A stretch of 15,525 nucleotides of DNA, taken from contig NZ_VMQO03000004.1 of assembly GCF_009805595.3 (NCBI RefSeq), positions 1 through 15,525 on the forward strand. Direction: 5' to 3'. Origin of the DNA: Candidatus Tremblayella phenacoccinincola. GTDB lineage: Bacteria; Pseudomonadota; Gammaproteobacteria; Burkholderiales; Burkholderiaceae. Positions 8,902 to 15,525 of this stretch are shown here, in pieces. The position numbers and the translations under genes were made by a program. The notes beneath the pieces are model-generated. The model was not told the origin of the DNA, ran no database searches, and was given only the letters and a program-made list of their open reading frames with translations. Each line of letters begins with the position of its first letter. Within the stretch, counting starts at the first letter, position 1.

Positions 8902-8943
8902 TTCTCTCTTCTCTATTCTCTATTCTCTATTCTCTATTCTCTT
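8902..8943. repeat. Heptanucleotide tandem repeat (TTCTCTA), four perfect copies plus two degenerate flanking copies
   Basis: Perfect units at 8909, 8916, 8923 and 8930. Variant TTCTCTC at 8902 and variant TTCTCTT at 8937. The tract 8901-8945 contains no G at all. Confidence 0.95.
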
Positions 8944-9175
8944 TAGCAGATGTCAAACCAGTAACAATGTTAAATAGAGCTCGAGCTCCTACTACATGGT
9001 ACCCCAATAGAATCCTAGAAAGGTTTCGCTGGAGACGCTAGCCTATCAAGAGAGACCATTTATTCCCCTCCCCCCACAATATATTAACTACTAAATAAGC
9101 ATACGCACTTCTCCAGATAACACACCCCTAGAACACTGTTAACACTAACTAACCTACCTTCAATCTTCACTTAGA

Positions 9176-10906
9176 ATGGACAAGAACAAACAGCTACATA
9201 TCATCGGAGCTTCAGTCTTAGTAGAAGCTCTATCAAAGACAGGAATAAACCCAATCTGGGGTTATCCAGGGGGTTCAGTATTAAATGTATACGACGAACT
9301 ATACAAACAAACCACACTAAAGCACGTCTTAGTAAGAAATGAACAAACTGCAATATTTGCGGCAAGCGTTTCCTTTAGACTTAGCAAAAAGCCAGGAATA
9401 TGTCTGGTTACTTCAGGCCCTGGCATAACTAACGCTATCACTGGAATAGTGGCTTCACTCTCAGACTCACTTCCACTTCTAATATTGAGTGGACAAGTGC
9501 CGCTAAAAGCAATAGGTAAACAAGCTTTCCAAGAATGCGATACTGTTAATATTACTAGCCCCTGCACCAAACGCAACTTTCTTATACATCGAGTGCAGGG
9601 CCTATTCAAGGTTTTAAAGGAAGCTATGTACGTTGCTAATAATAACAGATATTCACCCGTACTAGTTGACTTCCCCAAAAGCGTATCAAAAACACTCTTT
9701 GTTTGCTTAAACGACGTTCCACCTCAAACCCATGAAAGCATTCAAAAAAGAACAAAGCCTCAATACAACCAACAACTCTATCAAAGACAGAAAGCTAGCA
9801 TAAATACATTGACTTCACACATTTCATCCTCTAACAGGCCTCTATTATACATAGGCGGAGGCTTGAATAACTATTCAACTTTGAAAGAACTAAAGAAAAC
9901 ACTAAACATTATTGGCACTCCAACTACTAACACTTTAATGAACTTCGGAACACAACGAACTCATTTTAACTTAGGAATGCTTGGAATGCACGGCAAATAC
10001 TTTTCTAACCTGGCAGTACATTATTGCGATTTACTGTTTGCAGTTGGTTCCAGATTTGATGACAGAGTTATAGGAAACATAAACCATTTTAATACTATTC
10101 CGAGAAAGGTAGTATATATAAACGTAGATATCAGCATTAAGCGCAGTTTTAAATTCAATGTGGTTATCTTAGAAAATATCAAACACACCTTCAGGAGCAT
10201 TATATCCTTTCTATATAGAACCACAAACAACCGTAACTATTCAGCTTGGTTTCAACTAATCAAAAGCTGGAAGTTTCAATCTTCTGACGTTAAAAGAAAC
10301 TTAGTTAGTCTAAAGAGCATGTTTTCTACCCTTGAAGTAACTACAAGGAATCAAGCCATCATATGCTCTGACGTAGGTCAACACCAAATGTGGGTAGCGC
10401 AGCATTTCAACCTTCACCATGGAAAATGGATAACCTCAGGTGGTTTAGGGGCAATGGGGTCAGGATTGTCTTTTGCCCTAGGTGCTAAAGTATCTAGTCC
10501 AAAAGCTGATGTAATATGCTTTATCGGTGATGGGTCTGTCCAAATGAGTCTCCAAGAGTTTTCAACATTAAAGCAACTAAACGCGCCAGTCACTGTTTTA
10601 ATTCTTAATAACAAAAGCTTAGGCATGGTTAAACAATGGCAACGCATAGAACATAATGGTCGCTTCTCTCAGTCTACCATGAAAGCTAGTGTTAACTTCA
10701 CTAACATCTCCAGGTCATATGGACATTTCGGGTTAAGTTTGGTTTCTTTAAAAAGATTAAAACCTACGCTTATTGAGTCAGTTAACCAAAAAGACTGCAC
10801 AGTTGTTCTAGACATTTGTTTAAGCGAACATGAAAGCGTTTGGCCAATGGTTCAGTCAGGAAAAGGAATCACTAATATGCATCTACGACATACTGATGTT
10901 AACTAA
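9176..10906 (+). CDS. ilvI: Acetolactate synthase (acetohydroxy-acid synthase) large catalytic subunit
   Basis: 576 aa, a ThDP-dependent enzyme. Motifs include GASVLVEAL...[49 protein letters not shown], the ThDP-binding [17 protein letters not shown]...[12 protein letters not shown], and [12 protein letters not shown]. The isozyme label (ilvI rather than ilvB or ilvG) is chosen from the ilvI-ilvC linkage seen in Pseudomonas-type genomes and is not certain. The gene ends in tandem stops TAATAA at 10904-10909. Confidence 0.92.
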   Translation: MDKNKQLHIIGASVLVEALSKTGINPIWGYPGGSVLNVYDELYKQTTLKHVLVRNEQTAIFAASVSFRLSKKPGICLVTSGPGITNAITGIVASLSDSLPLLILSGQVPLKAIGKQAFQECDTVNITSPCTKRNFLIHRVQGLFKVLKEAMYVANNNRYSPVLVDFPKSVSKTLFVCLNDVPPQTHESIQKRTKPQYNQQLYQRQKASINTLTSHISSSNRPLLYIGGGLNNYSTLKELKKTLNIIGTPTTNTLMNFGTQRTHFNLGMLGMHGKYFSNLAVHYCDLLFAVGSRFDDRVIGNINHFNTIPRKVVYINVDISIKRSFKFNVVILENIKHTFRSIISFLYRTTNNRNYSAWFQLIKSWKFQSSDVKRNLVSLKSMFSTLEVTTRNQAIICSDVGQHQMWVAQHFNLHHGKWITSGGLGAMGSGLSFALGAKVSSPKADVICFIGDGSVQMSLQEFSTLKQLNAPVTVLILNNKSLGMVKQWQRIEHNGRFSQSTMKASVNFTNISRSYGHFGLSLVSLKRLKPTLIESVNQKDCTVVLDICLSEHESVWPMVQSGKGITNMHLRHTDVN

Positions 10907-10914
10907 TAAACCCC

Positions 10915-10921
10915 AAGGGAG
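10915..10921 (+). promoter_or_regulatory. Shine-Dalgarno-like AAGGGAG upstream of ilvC
   Basis: AAGGGAG lies 11 nt before the ilvC ATG (10933), inside the 26-bp ilvI-ilvC spacer. Confidence 0.35.
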
Positions 10922-10932
10922 AATCAAAGAAC

Positions 10933-11922
10933 ATGAAGCTACTATATAGTGCAGATGGCAGTCTAGAAAACATTAAGTCTAAGTCAGTAACGATAGTTGG
11001 TTACGGTTCTCAAGGGCATGCACACGCTTTGAATCTAAGGGACAGCGGCATTGAAGTCACTATTGGTTTAAGACATGGTTCCTCTTGGAACAATGCTATT
11101 AAAAATGACTTCGTTGTTAAAAGTATCCCAGAAGCAGTTAGAAACGCAGATCTTGTTATGCTGCTAATTCCAGACGAAGAAATGAGCGCGGTATATATAT
11201 CAGAAATACATAACAACATAAAAAAGGACTCAACATTAGCTTTTGCTCATGGGTTTAATGTGCATTACAACCAAATTGTTCCAAGAAGCGATCTAAATGT
11301 AATAATGATTGCTCCAAAAGCACCGGGTCATATGGTTAGGGAAACATATATTAAAGGACATGGTGTTCCACATCTGATCGCTGTTTGGAGAGATAACTCA
11401 AACAACTCCAAGGAAGTAGCTTTAGCTTATGCTATCGCAAATGGTGGTGGCTTCGCTGGAATTATCGAAACAACTTTTAAAGATGAAACTGAAACAGATT
11501 TATTTGGAGAGCAGGTGGTGCTATGTGGAGGCTTAACAGAACTAATAAAAGCAGGTTTCGAAACTCTTATTGAACATGGATACAAACCAGAACTCGCATA
11601 TTTCGAATGCATACACGAAGTTAAACTTATCGTAGACTTAATATACCAAGGTGGTATTTCTGGTTTAAATAGCTCTATCTCCAATAATGCAGAATACGGT
11701 GAATATACAGTAGGTCCCAAAGTTATTAACCAAACCACAAAGAACATAATGAAAGAAGCTCTAAATGACATCCAAACTGGAAAATATGCTAAGGACTTCA
11801 TATTAGAGAAAAAGGCCAACTCTCCAATTCTAACAACAAAAAGAAGTCTCCTGAAAACACATCTATTAGAAAAGGTTGGTCGGTTCTTAAGAGCTAAGAT
11901 GTCTTGGACAAAAAGCAGTTAG
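10933..11922 (+). CDS. ilvC: Ketol-acid reductoisomerase, short class-I form
   Basis: 329 aa, colinear with Pseudomonas-type class-I IlvC. Shared blocks include [83 protein letters not shown] and [11 protein letters not shown]. Confidence 0.96.
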   Translation: MKLLYSADGSLENIKSKSVTIVGYGSQGHAHALNLRDSGIEVTIGLRHGSSWNNAIKNDFVVKSIPEAVRNADLVMLLIPDEEMSAVYISEIHNNIKKDSTLAFAHGFNVHYNQIVPRSDLNVIMIAPKAPGHMVRETYIKGHGVPHLIAVWRDNSNNSKEVALAYAIANGGGFAGIIETTFKDETETDLFGEQVVLCGGLTELIKAGFETLIEHGYKPELAYFECIHEVKLIVDLIYQGGISGLNSSISNNAEYGEYTVGPKVINQTTKNIMKEALNDIQTGKYAKDFILEKKANSPILTTKRSLLKTHLLEKVGRFLRAKMSWTKSS

Positions 11923-11929
11923 ACATTCC

Positions 11930-13426
11930 ATGAGTAAAAGCCTTATTATCCTAGATACAACTTTAAGAGATGGCGAACAAGCACCAGGAGTTTTAATGAG
12001 TCCTAACGAAAAGCTAATCATTGCAAGAAAGCTAGAACTTATGAAGGTTAATATTATAGAAGCAGGCTTTGCAGCTAGTTCAGTTGCAGATTTCAAATCA
12101 ATTAAAAATATCTCAGCAGCTGTAAAAAACTGCACTATTTGTTCTTTAGCTAGAGCAAACAAGTCGGACATAGAGCTCGCTGCTGAAGCTCTTAAACCAG
12201 CATCGAGGTCAAGAATACACACCTTTATCGCAACTTCAGAAATCCACATAAGAAACAAACTACGAACTACACCAGAGCATGTCTATGAAGCAGCTAAAAC
12301 AGCTGTTAGGTTCGCTCGTAAGTATACAGATGACGTTGAGTTTTCTCCGGAAGACTGTTCCAGGTCAAACATAAGCTTCCTATCTTCGCTCCTAGAATGT
12401 GTAATTAACGAAGGAGCTAACACTATTAACATAACAGACACAGTGGGCATAGAAACTCCTGGCTCTTTTGGTTCCCTAGTCAAAAGAATAAAAGAAAATA
12501 TCCCTAACTCAGACAAAGCAACCTTTTCAGTACACTGTCACAATGACTTAGGATTAGCAGTTGCGAACACATTGGCTGGCATAAAACAAGGAGGTGCTAA
12601 ACAAGTAGAATGCACTGTCAATGGCATCGGTGAACGCTCAGGTAATGCACCACTAGAAGAGGTTGTTATGGCATTAAACACCAAACGTCAGTTCTTTGGC
12701 ATGAGCTCTCAAGTGGACACCAAACAAATATTATCTCTATCAAACTTAGTTGCCAAATACTCAGACTTAAGAATACAACCCACAAAGCCTATAGTAGGAC
12801 AAAATGCTTTTGCTCATGCATCTGGAATTCACCAAGATGGTATTCTAAAGTGCAGAGAAACTTACGAAATAATGAATGCAAAGGACATAGGTTGGAAAAA
12901 GAATAGAATAGTTCTAGGGAAACTTTCAGGTTCAAACGCTTTTAAGTATAAGCTAAAAGAGCTAAACGTCCGTCTTAATAGGTCTAGGATTATAGAGTTA
13001 TTCCACAGCTTCAAACACCTCGCTTCGCTACATAAAAAGATTACCAACTCTGAGCTAAATATTCTAACATCCACAAACCATAGCATATCTAACAAAACAA
13101 CCAACCTCGCACATTTCTACCTTTGCTACAGCATTAAACATGGTTCATACTCAAGAACAACCTTCACACTTCCTAACGGCAAATGTCTATCAAGCGAAGC
13201 ATTCAATCAAAGCTCTTTAAGTTCAATAGCAAACTGCATAAACAGCTTTCATTCTCTTGAAGCACAACTCAAAACATACAGCTGCCTGCTAAAAGAGCAA
13301 GTATTCATTACCAACATTGTAATAAAAAAGATCAGGTTAGAACAAACGGAAGTCACTATCAAAACTAAAGATATTATCCAAGCTTTCACAAACGCTTACT
13401 CCACAGTCTTAAATAAATGTATTTAA
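11930..13426 (+). CDS. leuA: 2-isopropylmalate synthase
   Basis: 498 aa. The catalytic TIM-barrel motifs are intact: [74 protein letters not shown] and [11 protein letters not shown]. The C-terminal regulatory domain is present in length but poorly conserved (see findings). Confidence 0.94.
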   Translation: MSKSLIILDTTLRDGEQAPGVLMSPNEKLIIARKLELMKVNIIEAGFAASSVADFKSIKNISAAVKNCTICSLARANKSDIELAAEALKPASRSRIHTFIATSEIHIRNKLRTTPEHVYEAAKTAVRFARKYTDDVEFSPEDCSRSNISFLSSLLECVINEGANTINITDTVGIETPGSFGSLVKRIKENIPNSDKATFSVHCHNDLGLAVANTLAGIKQGGAKQVECTVNGIGERSGNAPLEEVVMALNTKRQFFGMSSQVDTKQILSLSNLVAKYSDLRIQPTKPIVGQNAFAHASGIHQDGILKCRETYEIMNAKDIGWKKNRIVLGKLSGSNAFKYKLKELNVRLNRSRIIELFHSFKHLASLHKKITNSELNILTSTNHSISNKTTNLAHFYLCYSIKHGSYSRTTFTLPNGKCLSSEAFNQSSLSSIANCINSFHSLEAQLKTYSCLLKEQVFITNIVIKKIRLEQTEVTIKTKDIIQAFTNAYSTVLNKCI

Positions 13427-13689
13427 TAGGTATGGATAAACAATATATCGTCTCATTATTTGGTAAGAGTAGTTTTGATACAGGTTGTCCTGAAGTTCAA
13501 ATTGCCATACTAACCTCCAAGATAGATTCATTATCAAAGCTTCATTTTAACAACCATAAAAAAGATAAACACAGTTACAGAGGATTACTAAACCTAATAA
13601 ACAAACGTAAAAAGCTACTGAACTATTTAAAGTCTATACACATGGCTCGCTACGTCCAGATAACCCAAAAGCTTAAAATAAGAAGGTAG
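13417..13689 (+). CDS. rpsO: 30S ribosomal protein S15
   Basis: 90 aa, colinear with E. coli S15 (89 aa). Shared blocks include DTGCPEVQIAILT, HKKDKHSYRGLL, RKKLLNYLK, ARY and a final KIRR. The ATG at 13417 gives full-length colinearity but overlaps the last 10 nt of leuA. An alternative ATG at 13432 gives 85 aa, follows TAATAGGT, and avoids the overlap. Confidence 0.9.
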   Translation: MYLIGMDKQYIVSLFGKSSFDTGCPEVQIAILTSKIDSLSKLHFNNHKKDKHSYRGLLNLINKRKKLLNYLKSIHMARYVQITQKLKIRR

Positions 13690-13847
13690 CCTCAATACAA
13701 CCAGCGTATGGAAGAAGAGGAACTGATATGGCATGCATACAATCCAAGCACCTTTTTATTCTAACATTTCTATCATATATTCTTATGCCAGGGTTCCCAC
13801 AATAAGCCCTTGTTCTAACTATAACCAAAAGCTATTATAATTATTAT

Positions 13848-14633
13848 ATGCTAACATACACTAAAAAAGATGTTACTAAAATACGCTTAGCAAGTATGTT
13901 AGCGTCAGAAGTATTAGAAATGATTGAGCCTTATATCAAACCAACCATAGCCACTGGAGAGATAGATGCTTTATGTTTTAAATATATAACAAATATCCTC
14001 AAAGCAACACCAGCATGTTTAGGTTATTATGGGTTTCCTAAGTCTATATGCGTTTCAATAAATGAAGTAGTTTGCCATGGAATTCCAAAATACAATCATA
14101 TAGTTAAAGAAGGAGATATAGTTAATATAGACGTAGCTGTTCTCAAAGAAGGTTTTTATGGTGATACTTCAAAAATGTTCTATGCAGGTGAAGCTGCAGC
14201 TAATAGTAAAGAGCTATGCATAGTAGTTCAAGAAAGTCTTTATTTAGCTATTAGGTCTATAAAGCCTGGTATTCGTTTAAGAACTATTGGAAAAGATATT
14301 CAAGCTTATGTAGAGGATAAAAACTACTCAGTCGTAAAAGAATATTGTGGTCATGGAATAGGCAGTAAATTCCATGAAGAACCTCAAATACCTCACTACA
14401 ATACATACGATAATGGAGTGCTTCTTAAAGAAGATATGGCTTTTACTATAGAACCGATGATAAATGCAGGTGAAAGCTATACTTACGTTGAAAAAGATGG
14501 TTGGTCTGTAAAAACAAAAGACCATAGCTTATCTGCTCAATATGAGCATACAATTCTAGTAACTAAGGATGGATGTGAAATAATGTCATTAAGAGCAGAA
14601 GAGCCTTTATCAAAGCATATCCATAACTTATAA
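13848..14633 (+). CDS. map: Methionine aminopeptidase, type I
   Basis: 261 aa, colinear with E. coli Map. Shared blocks include ASEVLEMIEPYIKP, ACLGYYGFPKS, SINEVVCHGIP, GDIVNIDV, GDTSKMF, EYCGHGIG, FHEEPQ, FTIEPM and SAQYEHT. The metal-ligand contexts are retained. Confidence 0.96.
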   Translation: MLTYTKKDVTKIRLASMLASEVLEMIEPYIKPTIATGEIDALCFKYITNILKATPACLGYYGFPKSICVSINEVVCHGIPKYNHIVKEGDIVNIDVAVLKEGFYGDTSKMFYAGEAAANSKELCIVVQESLYLAIRSIKPGIRLRTIGKDIQAYVEDKNYSVVKEYCGHGIGSKFHEEPQIPHYNTYDNGVLLKEDMAFTIEPMINAGESYTYVEKDGWSVKTKDHSLSAQYEHTILVTKDGCEIMSLRAEEPLSKHIHNL

Positions 14634-14634
14634 C

Positions 14635-14673
14635 AAGTTAGGTGGTTCTATATCTTTCTATTTCCCCTAACTT
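14635..14673. terminator. Inverted repeat filling the convergent map/dapB gap (possible bidirectional hairpin)
   Basis: AAGTTAGG (14635-14642) is the exact reverse complement of CCTAACTT (14666-14673). The 23-nt loop is long and there is no flanking T-run, so terminator function is speculative. Confidence 0.2.
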
Positions 14674-14674
14674 C

Positions 14675-15427
14675 TCAAAGACCTAATACGTTTAACATAT
14701 TAAATAAGCCTTTAGATTTATTTAACAACCAAGTTGAAGATCTAATAGCTCCATTGGCAAATATCATACGGTTATAGACCTTGTGTGAAATAGTTAAGCA
14801 TTCATTAAGATCAGCAAAAGATATTTTATGTTCGCCTATGGTATTTCCAATGCGTATTGAAGAAAAGCTAATGGGTTTTAGATATAGCTCAGCAATATAG
14901 GTTTTAATCATTAACGCAGTGCCAGATGGAACGTCTCTTTTCTTTTTATGATGCACTTCAATAATTTGAATATCTATGCTTTCTCTTAAAAAAAGGATTA
15001 TTATTCTTAATAGTTTCAACATTAAAGCTATGCCTATACTAAAGTTAGCAGAATAAGTTATAGCTATATATTTAGATAGTTTAGTTATTATAGAAAGCTG
15101 ATACCTATTAAAACCGGTAGTTCCTATTACTATGTTTAGTTTATTTAGACAGCATTTGTTTAGATAAACCATAGAAGAATCTGGGTTAGTAAAATCAATT
15201 AAAACAATATCTTTTAACCTAGAAGCTAATATGTTATTAGATATGTTAACAGTTAAAGACTTTATATTAGTTAGGTTACATATGTTAATATTATAGTTCT
15301 TAAGGTTATTATTAGTTATAGCCAGTCTTATGTTAACTAACTTATTAATATATGAAGATAAAACCAATTGACGTCCCATTCTACCATTTATGCCTGTAAT
15401 GACCAAGTTAGTTAGTTTATTGTACAT
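14675..15427 (-). CDS. dapB: 4-hydroxy-tetrahydrodipicolinate reductase
   Basis: 250 aa. It carries the N-terminal dinucleotide-binding motif GINGRMGRQL, then IDFTNP, VIGTTGF, SANFSIG, IEVHHKKKRDVPSGTAL (E. coli IEAHHRHKVDAPSGTAL), GEHKISFA and FANGAIRS. It is shorter than E. coli DapB (273 aa). The stop is TGA at 14677-14675. Confidence 0.9.
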   Translation of the reverse strand: MYNKLTNLVITGINGRMGRQLVLSSYINKLVNIRLAITNNNLKNYNINICNLTNIKSLTVNISNNILASRLKDIVLIDFTNPDSSMVYLNKCCLNKLNIVIGTTGFNRYQLSIITKLSKYIAITYSANFSIGIALMLKLLRIIILFLRESIDIQIIEVHHKKKRDVPSGTALMIKTYIAELYLKPISFSSIRIGNTIGEHKISFADLNECLTISHKVYNRMIFANGAIRSSTWLLNKSKGLFNMLNVLGL

Positions 15428-15467
15428 AGGTTTATTATATAGCTGTTAGTTTAATATATAGGTTTGG

Positions 15468-15495
15468 GGGAGGTATATAGAGGGAGGTATATAGG
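15468..15495. repeat. 14-bp tandem repeat (GGGAGGTATATAGR)x2
   Basis: GGGAGGTATATAGA at 15468-15481 and GGGAGGTATATAGG at 15482-15495. It lies inside a C-free tract (15444-15525) upstream of dapB. Confidence 0.9.
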
Positions 15496-15511
15496 AGAGT
15501 GTGAGGGTTGA

Positions 15512-15525
15512 GGGGTTTGGGGTTT
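15512..15525. repeat. (GGGGTTT)x2, cut by the window end
   Basis: GGGGTTT at 15512-15518 and 15519-15525. I cannot tell whether the array continues beyond the window. Confidence 0.6.

Noticed and set aside
8244-8943. Tandem repeat arrays as a possible CRISPR array.
   Set aside because: The units are 6, 7 and 12 bp and directly abut one another with no unique spacers. There are no cas genes. These are microsatellites or minisatellites.
8878-8946. A 22-codon ORF, MKVLIYICFSLLYSLFSILYSL, upstream of ilvI as a possible Leu/Ile/Val attenuation leader peptide.
   Set aside because: Ten of the 22 residues are branched-chain, but that follows automatically from translating T/C-rich heptamer repeats. 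I find no terminator or antiterminator hairpins between it and ilvI. It sits about 230 nt from the ATG. An overlapping ATG at 8898 opens another frame equally well.
8131-9080. The inverted G-run/C-run pair as terminal inverted repeats of a MITE or IS-like element.
   Set aside because: The match is only about 12-18 bp of near-homopolymer with mismatches and an indel. There are no flanking target-site duplications and no transposase remnant inside. The same module occurs singly elsewhere.
8076-9175. The long divergent spacer (and the proximity of mnmE) as a candidate replication origin.
   Set aside because: I found no TTATCCACA-type DnaA boxes and no AT-rich 13-mer array in any spacer. The local skew switch (G-rich to C-rich on the + strand) is the opposite polarity to that expected at an origin. 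It is a local feature of a few hundred bp, not a chromosomal one.
2618-14525. Other antisense or shadow ORFs in the track: 2618-2806, 6224-6469, 6722-6952, 9262-9678, 10021-10230, 10414-10647, 11010-11219, 11427-11819, 11887-12258, 12283-12516, 12862-13104 and 14328-14525.
   Set aside because: Each is nested opposite a confidently identified conserved gene, has no recognisable domain, and is explained by the strong A-over-T bias of sense strands.
15512-15525. Telomere-like GGGGTTT repeats at the window edge.
   Set aside because: There are only two units, cut by the window. In context they are part of the G-rich spacer family, and nothing else suggests a linear replicon end.
1301-15525. tRNA, tmRNA or other structured RNA genes in the spacers.
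   Set aside because: A manual scan found no GTTCGA/GTTCAA T-loop with a matching acceptor stem, and no cloverleaf-compatible dyads in 1301-1574, 2943-3268, 8076-9175, 13690-13847 or 15428-15525. A covariance-model search (tRNAscan-SE or Infernal) would be the decisive check, and I cannot run one.

Overview
This is an AT-rich, gene-dense stretch of a strongly reduced gammaproteobacterial genome. The proteins align end to end with E. coli or Pseudomonas orthologues but are heavily enriched in Lys, Ile and Asn. The short class-I IlvC and the ilvI-ilvC linkage point to a Pseudomonas/Halomonas-type ancestor. My best guess is an insect nutritional endosymbiont of the Portiera/Evansia kind, but that is inference and needs a database search.

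There are twelve ordinary housekeeping or amino-acid-biosynthesis genes in six strand blocks: argH (5' partial) and mnmE (+), clpP (-), serS (+), glyS-glyQ (-), ilvI-ilvC-leuA-rpsO-map (+), and dapB (-). I see no rRNA or tRNA, CRISPR array, transposase, integrase, phage gene, toxin-antitoxin pair or defence gene, and no candidate novel protein system.

The only non-ordinary content is noncoding.
- Several spacers are oversized for so compact a genome: 1100 bp between glyQ and ilvI, 326 bp between mnmE and clpP, and 274 bp between argH and mnmE.
- The first two, plus the flank upstream of dapB at the window end, are GC-richer than the genes and strongly strand-asymmetric, with G-rich/C-free tracts on the left and C-rich/G-poor tracts on the right.
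- They are built from short tandem repeats, including a perfect (GGTAGT)13 microsatellite.
- They share a recurrent G/C-run module, TTGGGGG(G)WGG or its complement, plus other collinear G/A-rich blocks.

Secondary observations are that ilvH is missing from an otherwise ilvI-(ilvH)-ilvC-type cluster, the LeuA regulatory domain looks eroded, and canonical gene neighbourhoods are scrambled.
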